DNA of 64,000 bases. Source: Candidatus Berkelbacteria bacterium (lineage in GTDB: Bacteria; Patescibacteriota; UBA1384; JACPKC01). Shown piece after piece: positions 57,151-64,000 of this stretch. The position numbers and the translations under genes were made by a program. Within the stretch, counting starts at the first letter, position 1. Each line of letters opens with the position of its first letter. The notes beneath the pieces are model-generated. The model did not search any database and was not told where the DNA came from. It was given only the letters and a program-made list of their open reading frames with translations. The DNA is taken from positions 3,387-67,386 of the forward strand of contig JACPKC010000002.1 of the NCBI GenBank assembly GCA_016187225.1, given 5' to 3'.

Positions 57151-58103
57151 TTGCGCTCCAGCTGGAGCTGGGCGCGCACCCATTCGAGAGTCTGTTTCAG
57201 ACCTGTTTCGAGTTGCACTTCTGGTTGCCAGTTGAGGAGTTTTCGAACTTTGGCAATATCCGGTTTGCGGCGCTTAATATCGTCGGGACGCGCTGGGCCA
57301 TTCTCGATTAGAGACCGACTGCCTGAAAGTTTAATTACTGTTTCGGCAAATTCGCGCACTGAATGCTCGTCTGGATTGCCAAGATTAACAACTTCATTGC
57401 GTGTCAATTTAGCCTGATCGAGCATGCTCAATAATCCTCGAATCAAATCATCAACGTAGCACGCTGAACGTGTTTGACTGCCATCGCCATCAAGAACGAG
57501 AGGTTCATCCTTAAGAGCTCGAACCGCAAATTCACCGATCATTCGACCATCGTGAAGCGCCATTTTTGGCCCGTAAGTGTTAAAGATTCGCACCATGCGC
57601 ACATCCAACTCTGGAAATTCGTGGGCATAAGTTGTGATAATCGTCTCCCCAATTCGTTTGCCTTCTTTGTACGGCGCGTGCGCGCCCCGCGGATTTACAT
57701 TGCCCCAATAAGTTTCTTTTTGAGGGTGTTCAAGCGGCTCGCCGTAAATTTCTGATGTCGAAGTGTGCAACAATTTAGCGTCTTTTTGGAGGGCAAATTT
57801 GAGAACGTTGGGAATGCCTAAAGTATTGGTTTCGATCGTTTCAATTGGATGTTTAACGTAGTGAATCGGACTCGCAATGCAGGCAAGATTCCAGATATAA
57901 TCTATATCTTCTACGATCGTGAGAGGTATCCGAACATCGTGTTCAACGATGCTTAAAGGTTGGCCGTCAAACGAGGCGAGATTTTGACGTGAACCGACAC
58001 GGAAATTATCTAAAATAATTACGCGTTCTCCACGGGCAAGTAACGCACTCGCAAGGTTTGAACCCAAAAAACCCGCACCCCCGGTGATTAATGAGGTTGG
58101 CAT
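57147..58103 (-). CDS. uxs: UDP-glucuronate decarboxylase (UDP-xylose synthase)-like SDR
   Basis: MPTSLITGGAGFLGSNLASALLARGERVIILDNFRVGSRQNL. 318 aa. ATGA-coupled to ugd. Confidence 0.75.
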   Translation of the reverse strand: MPTSLITGGAGFLGSNLASALLARGERVIILDNFRVGSRQNLASFDGQPLSIVEHDVRIPLTIVEDIDYIWNLACIASPIHYVKHPIETIETNTLGIPNVLKFALQKDAKLLHTSTSEIYGEPLEHPQKETYWGNVNPRGAHAPYKEGKRIGETIITTYAHEFPELDVRMVRIFNTYGPKMALHDGRMIGEFAVRALKDEPLVLDGDGSQTRSACYVDDLIRGLLSMLDQAKLTRNEVVNLGNPDEHSVREFAETVIKLSGSRSLIENGPARPDDIKRRKPDIAKVRKLLNWQPEVQLETGLKQTLEWVRAQLQLERK

Positions 58104-58115
58104 GGTTTTATGTTA

Positions 58116-58667
58116 CTAGAACTTCAGCCAGCGCATCAAGCGATCGGTAAAAATTTCACCTCGAGTCATTTGCTCCGGTAGATGGTTGCGTAGTCGGGCG
58201 CGTAGTTCGACTGGTTCAACGTGGGCAAGATGAATGGTGCGCACCGGCAGAAATTTTAGGGTTGTTTCGAGATAAAGATGCGGATTGCCAGCTTTGGCTG
58301 TAATCCAAAATGATTTAAGTTGATCCCAATCATAAAATTTTTCACCTGCCTTAAAGCCGTGTTCGTCAATTGAATAACGTACCATGACCGGTTTTTGACG
58401 TGATTGCTGATAAAACACTACGGCGGCCAGTGCAACCACCAGCATCGCCGAATAATCTCGCATAAAATAAAAAACAATGATGAAAAACGCGGCTACCGCT
58501 AATAAACCAACAACCCATAGCCAGCTCTTTTCAAAATACACAAATTCGGGCGCTTCCCACGCAAGCCAACTTCCCTCTCTCTGGAGGGTACCTGAAAGCT
58601 CATCAACTGCGCCTGTTCCCTTTTTAGGCCTATGTTTTTTAGGCTTCACTGCACTCTTCCCTTCCAT
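58116..58667 (-). CDS. hypothetical membrane protein
   Basis: Basic N-terminus and two TM segments (WLWVVGLLAVAAFFIIVFYF, AMLVVALAAVVF). Confidence 0.45.
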   Translation of the reverse strand: MEGKSAVKPKKHRPKKGTGAVDELSGTLQREGSWLAWEAPEFVYFEKSWLWVVGLLAVAAFFIIVFYFMRDYSAMLVVALAAVVFYQQSRQKPVMVRYSIDEHGFKAGEKFYDWDQLKSFWITAKAGNPHLYLETTLKFLPVRTIHLAHVEPVELRARLRNHLPEQMTRGEIFTDRLMRWLKF

Positions 58668-58730
58668 GATTATGCTAACAAAGGTAGCATGGACAGGCAA
58701 TATACTATCTGATACTTTGCTGGGTTGTTG

Positions 58731-58820
58731 GGAGAGGTGCGTGAGCGGTTGAAACGAGCGGTCTTGAAAACCGCCAGGGGTGCAAGCTCCTCGTGGGTTC
58801 GAATCCCACCCTCTCCGCCA
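58731..58820 (+). tRNA. tRNA-Ser (anticodon UGA), type II with long variable arm
   Basis: Acceptor GGAGAGG/CCTCTCC, anticodon loop CTTGAAA, long variable arm, T-arm GTGGGTTCGAATCCCAC, encoded CCA. Confidence 0.8.
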
Positions 58821-58879
58821 ATAACCATTACACTTTTGAGAGAGCGTCTTTGGTTATTATTGATTAATACTGATCACCT

Positions 58880-59785
58880 ATGTATTACGATTCAGAACAT
58901 AGTATTGAAAATGTAGTTTACCTTGACGATCATCGAGTATTATCGAAACTTGTTGAAAAAGCACGAGAAACTGATGACTGGGAACCCTTGACTGATGAGA
59001 TAATGGCTAGTTCTCACAGGCGAGATGAAGCAGAGCTTGCGAAAGTGAGAGGTGTTATTGCCACGGCAATTCGTCACGACGAACTGAATAATTTCAGTGA
59101 TATCTCCGCTCGGAGGCAAAACCAATTGAAACCCCATGGGACCGAGCGAGAGGAGCTGGTCGGAAGAATCGTCCCCTTTTCTCATTCGACAGGTGAATAT
59201 TCCCAAGTCGCTCAAGTAATTGTTGGACCTTGGGGAGCAGAGCCAAGCGGAGACGTGATTGAAGCTCAATTACCGCCCCGTGAAATCGAGCCAATCCCAG
59301 AACTGGTGACTGACCTCTACGAAGTTATGGGACGAACATTCCCCGAAACTTTTCCTGACACCGCTGAAGGTTGGAGAAGGGCATACGATTTTCCTGAAGA
59401 GCAACCTGCCCGAATTATAGCCTTAGACGAATTAAGCAATTTCTTACAGGAGAGCCAGAATCAAAGATTAAAAACCGGTCAAGTAATTGTTCGCATTGCG
59501 GATCACTCGAATCCTAGAACTGTCAGTGTCATCGAGATGCCGATTAATCATCTAATGCTTGCGATTGGCGTTGCGTCAGACGCCGGCTCTCTTTATCAGG
59601 AGCTATACAATTGCCTTGCAGAATGTCCAGTTGATCGAGATTTGCATCGGTTTGCAATGCATTGGCGTAATAGTTCTCCCAATCACCCCAGGCGCCGTGC
59701 ATTTGAGCGAGAAATTAGGACTGGTGGGGCGATGCATGTGCTGGCATATTCTGTAAAAAAGAAATTAATCTCTAGCTTAATTTAA
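58880..59785 (+). CDS. hypothetical protein encoded between two tRNA-Ser genes
   Basis: 301 aa, no recognisable motif. Confidence 0.5.
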   Translation: MYYDSEHSIENVVYLDDHRVLSKLVEKARETDDWEPLTDEIMASSHRRDEAELAKVRGVIATAIRHDELNNFSDISARRQNQLKPHGTEREELVGRIVPFSHSTGEYSQVAQVIVGPWGAEPSGDVIEAQLPPREIEPIPELVTDLYEVMGRTFPETFPDTAEGWRRAYDFPEEQPARIIALDELSNFLQESQNQRLKTGQVIVRIADHSNPRTVSVIEMPINHLMLAIGVASDAGSLYQELYNCLAECPVDRDLHRFAMHWRNSSPNHPRRRAFEREIRTGGAMHVLAYSVKKKLISSLI

Positions 59786-59789
59786 ATTT

Positions 59790-59879
59790 GGTGAGGTGCC
59801 GGAGTGGCCGAACGGGTTCGCTTGGAAAGCGAATGTGCGAGCAATCGTACCGTGGGTTCGAATCCCACCCTCACCGCCA
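59790..59879 (+). tRNA. tRNA-Ser (anticodon GGA), type II
   Basis: Acceptor GGTGAGG/CCTCACC, anticodon loop TTGGAAA, long variable arm, T-arm GTGGGTTCGAATCCCAC, CCA. Confidence 0.8.
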
Positions 59880-59908
59880 GTAGAAACTTCACGATTTGAA
59901 AGGGTTGC

Positions 59909-59941
59909 TCCGCGCGGCCGCAAGGCGGCCGCGCGGAGCGT
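59909..59941. repeat. perfect 15-bp-stem GC-rich hairpin just 3' of tRNA-Ser(GGA)
   Basis: GCTCCGCGCGGCCGC-AAGG-CGGCCGCGCGGAGC, embedded in an unusually GC-rich stretch of about 100 bp. Confidence 0.6.
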
Positions 59942-60217
59942 TAGCGGAGGCGGGCGGCGGGGCGGGTCAATCCGTTTTCCGCTCGAAAAAAGTTCGCGCA
60001 AAGGGTATAATTTCACCGCCAGTTGGGAAAAGCCGAGCGTTCAGATGATTGTAAAAATTTCTAAAGCTCTCGGTGTTTCTGTTGAGGATTTACTAAAATT
60101 AAGAAAGAATTTACCCCAAAGAAAAACTATGAAATCGTCTTTTCCGCCAGCCGAGCCCAGAGTGTTCCGTTCGGATATTCTCAAACAGACACCGCCAATG
60201 AATCAGCTAAAAATAAG

Positions 60218-61291
60218 ATGAAGCGTATCGAAAGTTTTCTGGCGACGATCGAAAAAGTTTTTGCCAATATGGACACACGTACTTTTTGGCCGCTAAATGG
60301 TGGTCAAATCGGCGCCTATTTTGAGGTTGCCGAAGCACTCGACATTTATAAACGATTAATGGCTTTACGGACTCGAAAAGATCTGGCGGCGATTGCTAAA
60401 CTCTTGCCGCCGCCGGATATCTTGCGCAACTTCATTGAGAATAATGGTTTGATCGGTTTAAAAGTTGCACACCAGTTAAAATTGGCTGATATTGACAGTC
60501 GGGCACGCACTGATTACTTACTTTTTCTCTTTGATCTGCTGGCCGAGAAGACCCAGAACGATATTTTTTGCCATGATGGCAAAAATCTGCTTTTGACACA
60601 GGGTGAAATTGATCATCTTCTCGCCACGATGCGCTGGCAAGTCGTTGAAAAAACATTGGAGCAGAAAACACTTGCTAATCTTATCATTACCGCTAGTCAA
60701 TTTGCCTACAGTCTCTACTATGATATTTACATGGTGGGCGGTTTTTATCTCCATGGACCATACGATGTTGCTCGGCGTTTTGGACGCAATGCCATCTTGA
60801 TCATTCGTGATTATCACAATCTCAAGCCACACTTACTCTGGCCCGAACTTCGACTCGATTTGAATTCACTGCGATTGTTTACGATTTATCGTGGCCTAGA
60901 TTTTAAGATTAACTTTGCCAATCATCCCGACTCCACGACTTCAGTTGCTGATAAGCTCATCGCCTACTACGCTGAACTTGACAGCCGACGCCTTAAGCAT
61001 GATGACATTCCGGCACTCACTGATAAGCTAGAGCAGTTAGCTACGATTCAGGCTCGAACGATCATGGCATGGTCGGATCATAAGAAAGTAAAAAAAGGCG
61101 CAGAGATTGCTTACTATCTCTTTCGAAATTTCAGAATTGCTACAGGTACCGATTGGTCGCCACCAATCGATGTTAAGCAGACGATCGACAGCTTTGGCGA
61201 TGAATTTATCAAACGTTTCCATTATTTTGAAGCGCCGCCCGGGCTAGCTCATTGGCGCAAAATATTTGACCCGAGGATTGATTATTATTAA
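60218..61291 (+). CDS. hypothetical protein
   Basis: 357 aa, soluble, no motif recognised. Confidence 0.5.
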   Translation: MKRIESFLATIEKVFANMDTRTFWPLNGGQIGAYFEVAEALDIYKRLMALRTRKDLAAIAKLLPPPDILRNFIENNGLIGLKVAHQLKLADIDSRARTDYLLFLFDLLAEKTQNDIFCHDGKNLLLTQGEIDHLLATMRWQVVEKTLEQKTLANLIITASQFAYSLYYDIYMVGGFYLHGPYDVARRFGRNAILIIRDYHNLKPHLLWPELRLDLNSLRLFTIYRGLDFKINFANHPDSTTSVADKLIAYYAELDSRRLKHDDIPALTDKLEQLATIQARTIMAWSDHKKVKKGAEIAYYLFRNFRIATGTDWSPPIDVKQTIDSFGDEFIKRFHYFEAPPGLAHWRKIFDPRIDYY

Positions 61292-61355
61292 ATAAACCCA
61301 CATCCGTATTATTGCCAGCCAGAACAGTCAAATGGCTTACGGTGACATTAGTCAA

Positions 61356-62444
61356 TTAACGCATGTACGTTACGAAGCCGCTCGATGGAAAAGTGTCTGG
61401 GCAGGCAGAGGTGTTGGCGAAATAAACCGCTAAAGAATCTCGGGTAAGGAGTTTAAAGTAGACGATGCCATCTTGATTAGCATAGCAATGCTCATTTGTT
61501 ACCTCGGTCGGGTCCTTAAAAGTTGGATTTGTTTTTCCGATTCGATAAAAATCTCGATCTTGAAGACCAACAATTCTAACTTCATCCGGAGAAGTAAAAG
61601 TTGAAATTCCTAAATATGCCTCACTGTTATAAAACGCCTCAACTGGTGACGAAAACCAACTGCCACTAATGGTGCCTATAATATCTTGGTTCAGCGATCC
61701 GCAATTTTGCGGTTTGTCTCCGTATGTTTCACCTTCAAATCGAAGCTTGGCATAATAACGTTCTTTTTTTGGGAAAAAGTCGTAAGGGCAAATCGCGTGC
61801 CGCAAGCGGAGATGGCTCATGAATCGTGCTGGATTGGCAAATGTATTCTCTTGTCGCAGATCATAGAGCCCAAAATCCCAGATATTGTTTGGATAATTAC
61901 CACTGGTGTATGCCACCACTTCGCCCGCGGCAATGTCAACGTTCGTTTTCAATTCAATTGATTTACTCTCGGCGCTAGGCGTGGCAGGAAATACCTTGCG
62001 TATAGCCTCAATCGGATCTGTGATGTGATCAAATTTAAGGAAGTAGTCGCAAGAGGCTTGAAAAATAAGCGCATACTCATCCTGGCCACTGGCATTGCGA
62101 AAATTACCCGAAATGAGCGTTAAGACAGTCGGCGCGTAGATGGCAATTTTTTTACTCGGATTCTCAAACGCTATGAAAGTATGGCTACGCAGTTCGCCAG
62201 AATTCACCGAGCCTAGAGGCGCAATGCCGTTTATTCGATCTAGTTCGGTAAAATCATAGGTAAATTGGAGTTGATCAATTTTTCTACAGTTATCTGTAGC
62301 TCTAAATTCTCCGAGTTTTTCTGTTTGGGAATTTATTTGCGTCAAAGGCGTCGTATCTTTAATGAAGGTGACTGCGACCGCGCCGGCAATCAAAAGAATG
62401 ATGATAATCGTTATCCAAAATATGCGTTTAATCCATCGAGTCAT
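61356..62444 (-). CDS. hypothetical secreted/membrane-anchored protein
   Basis: N-terminal anchor MTRWIKRIFWITIIIILLIAGAVAV. Cys-containing ectodomain. Confidence 0.5.
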   Translation of the reverse strand: MTRWIKRIFWITIIIILLIAGAVAVTFIKDTTPLTQINSQTEKLGEFRATDNCRKIDQLQFTYDFTELDRINGIAPLGSVNSGELRSHTFIAFENPSKKIAIYAPTVLTLISGNFRNASGQDEYALIFQASCDYFLKFDHITDPIEAIRKVFPATPSAESKSIELKTNVDIAAGEVVAYTSGNYPNNIWDFGLYDLRQENTFANPARFMSHLRLRHAICPYDFFPKKERYYAKLRFEGETYGDKPQNCGSLNQDIIGTISGSWFSSPVEAFYNSEAYLGISTFTSPDEVRIVGLQDRDFYRIGKTNPTFKDPTEVTNEHCYANQDGIVYFKLLTRDSLAVYFANTSACPDTFPSSGFVTYMR

Positions 62445-62578
62445 AACATTAGTTTACCATGCCTAACGGGCTGGGGATCGGTACGCCTGCGGCGATCCCG
62501 CCAAGTTGCTTCGTCGCCCTTGGCTCCTCGCGATGACGAAAGTGAGAAAGTCCTATATAGTAATAAAAAGGAGGCGCT

Positions 62579-63049
62579 ATGAAACCGATGTTACCACGGG
62601 ATAGATCAATTGCTTTTCCTAAAAGAATCGGTTGGCTGATACTTGTTCTATTAGTTTATTTCGATGCAATCTTTACCGTGATAATCGGCAAAGAAGGCAA
62701 TCCGCTTTGGCAAATTTTTACCAATCGTTATGGCATTTGGACAGATTTGATTGCTCCTATTCCTGTGTTATTAGCCCTTTACGTCGGCATTTTATTGCTC
62801 ACGCCAATTGTTAGAAGATTTGACCGCTATCCTAATTCGCATGAAGTCATATTGACCAATTTAATTATTGTCTACGCGATTTACGACCTTTACTTTATTT
62901 TGAATTTTGTCGGTTTTCCTCTGGCAGTTGATTTTTTTGCATCAAAAATCAAGTTGATTATCGCTCTGCTTGTGCCTGGCATTATTCCTTACAATATTTT
63001 TTTGGAGTATAGATTATTAAAACAAAAAAATTCCTCGAATAGTTTATGA
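62579..63049 (+). CDS. small polytopic membrane protein
   Basis: 156 aa with four hydrophobic segments. Confidence 0.5.
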   Translation: MKPMLPRDRSIAFPKRIGWLILVLLVYFDAIFTVIIGKEGNPLWQIFTNRYGIWTDLIAPIPVLLALYVGILLLTPIVRRFDRYPNSHEVILTNLIIVYAIYDLYFILNFVGFPLAVDFFASKIKLIIALLVPGIIPYNIFLEYRLLKQKNSSNSL

Positions 63050-63813
63050 AAATTTGGAAAGCAATTTTTGGGGGTATTGTAATAATAGGTGTGTTCGGTG
63101 TCGTTGGATTTCTAAAGTTTCAAGCAGGGGCAGATCTCGTCAATCCGCCTCAATTTATTCAAGCTGATTTTATTGATCTCGATAAAATTTACTCGATTTC
63201 CAAATTTCGTTCCGGCGCGGGGCATGATTTTTCAGGCAATGGCGAGAAATGCCGGAGCATGAAGCACTATTTCAATGTCCAAGATTCGTCGGAAAAATTT
63301 GCGGTCTGGGATAAAAACAATGGTTTGCCGCCTCCGCCGGTTGCTGGTTCGGCGATAGATATTTTCAGTCCGGTTGACGGCAAAATTGTTAAGGTCGAGG
63401 TGGAGCAGACGCCGATCGGCCAGCAAGTTTATATTTCGCCGGAAAAGGCGTCAGAGTTTACAGTGCGCTTATTCCATATTTATTTACTGCCGGAGATTAA
63501 AAAAGGTTCGCAAGTTAAAGCTGGTCAAAAAATTGGCGAAATTGGCAAATACCAGAATACTGATATTGCTATTTCCACTGGATTGATCGGTCGAACGTTT
63601 ATCTCTTACTTTCAAGCTTTGCCGGAGAACATTTTTGTAAAGTATCAAGCCCGCGGCGTAGTCAGTCGCAATGAGCTGATTATCACTAAGGAGCAACGTG
63701 ATGCCCAACCCCTGCAATGTAATGGTGAGCAGTTTGCCAAGAAATATGATTCAATTGCGCCGGAAGCAAACTATGTGTATTTAAGCGGCTGGCAAAATCC
63801 TGTTAGCTACTAG
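63046..63813 (+). CDS. hypothetical secreted protein
   Basis: Signal/anchor MKIWKAIFGGIVIIGVFGVVGF. ATGA-coupled to the upstream gene. Confidence 0.5.
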   Translation: MKIWKAIFGGIVIIGVFGVVGFLKFQAGADLVNPPQFIQADFIDLDKIYSISKFRSGAGHDFSGNGEKCRSMKHYFNVQDSSEKFAVWDKNNGLPPPPVAGSAIDIFSPVDGKIVKVEVEQTPIGQQVYISPEKASEFTVRLFHIYLLPEIKKGSQVKAGQKIGEIGKYQNTDIAISTGLIGRTFISYFQALPENIFVKYQARGVVSRNELIITKEQRDAQPLQCNGEQFAKKYDSIAPEANYVYLSGWQNPVSY

Positions 63814-63887
63814 GATTAGCGCCTTGTATTTAGGGTGAGTCTATGTTTTAATTTGCGCACTTATTTAGCCTAGGAGGTTTAAGAAAT

Positions 63888-64000
63888 TGGAAAAATTCGA
63901 TATCCGTGGGTTGCAGGTCAAGCTGGCGGAGCCAGAGATTTACTTTCACGACGAACGACTCGGAGGAGCACCCGACATCCTATGTGGCTTCCTGCGTGAT
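63888..64000 (+). CDS. 5' end of a CDS running off the right window edge (TTG start after AGGAGG)
   Basis: AGGAGG at 63872, then LEKFDIRGLQVKLAEPEIYFHDERLGGAPDILCGFLRD. Confidence 0.3.

Noticed and set aside
59796-60221. 141-aa ORF overlapping tRNA-Ser(GGA) and the GC-rich hairpin
   Set aside because: Its N-terminal half is read through a tRNA gene. Only the last about 58 codons (HTH-like MIVKISKALGVSVEDLL) might be a real remnant, too short to call.
1-64000. CRISPR arrays, rRNA genes, transposases/IS elements, toxin-antitoxin pairs
   Set aside because: Looked for regularly spaced direct repeats, rRNA-like conserved stretches, DDE/HUH transposase motifs and inverted terminal repeats. None found. 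The only exact repeats are the intragenic ones reported.

Overview
This 64-kb window has one strand-switching architecture. It appears to be from an uncultivated bacterium with a small-genome, CPR-like flavour, but that is inference only. (1) Left edge: the 5' end of a GspE/PilB-family secretion ATPase gene (minus strand, runs off the window). Next to it is a tandem minus-strand array of six paralogous genes plus one frameshifted copy. Each encodes a secreted protein with a C-terminal two-helix hairpin of the VirB2/TrbC-pilin type. One 140-bp stretch is duplicated verbatim within the array. (2) Housekeeping and stress genes: a lipoprotein solute-binding protein, galU, hsp20, comFC and a PAP2-like membrane protein. 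(3) A 1,100-aa secreted S8 subtilisin carries five copies of an about 120-aa beta-sandwich repeat, perfect 130-bp internal DNA repeats and an apparent 73-bp deletion/frameshift. (4) A contiguous surface-glycan locus of about 44 kb (14.3-58.1 kb) is the most unusual content. Its first part is a phosphonate module: a PEP mutase fused to a nucleotidyltransferase, phosphonopyruvate decarboxylase, an Fe-alcohol dehydrogenase, a second cytidylyltransferase, a CDP-alcohol-phosphotransferase-like membrane enzyme and a TagF-like transferase. The next part holds a nonulosonic (sialic-like) acid branch (NeuB-family synthase, CMP-transferase and a degraded paralog fragment), six class-I SAM methyltransferases, a Wzx-type flippase and about nine glycosyltransferases (GT2, GT4 and a GT4-GT2 fusion). 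The locus ends with an RmlC/RmlD-like set, Gmd, Ugd, Uxs, a DUF2304 plus dolichol-phosphate-mannose-synthase-like pair and two GT-C-type polytopic membrane proteins, then glyA-folD. (5) Right end: two type-II tRNA-Ser genes bracket a hypothetical ORF and are followed by a GC-rich perfect hairpin and several hypothetical secreted or membrane proteins. No CRISPR, rRNA or recognisable transposase was seen. Coordinates follow the supplied ORF track.
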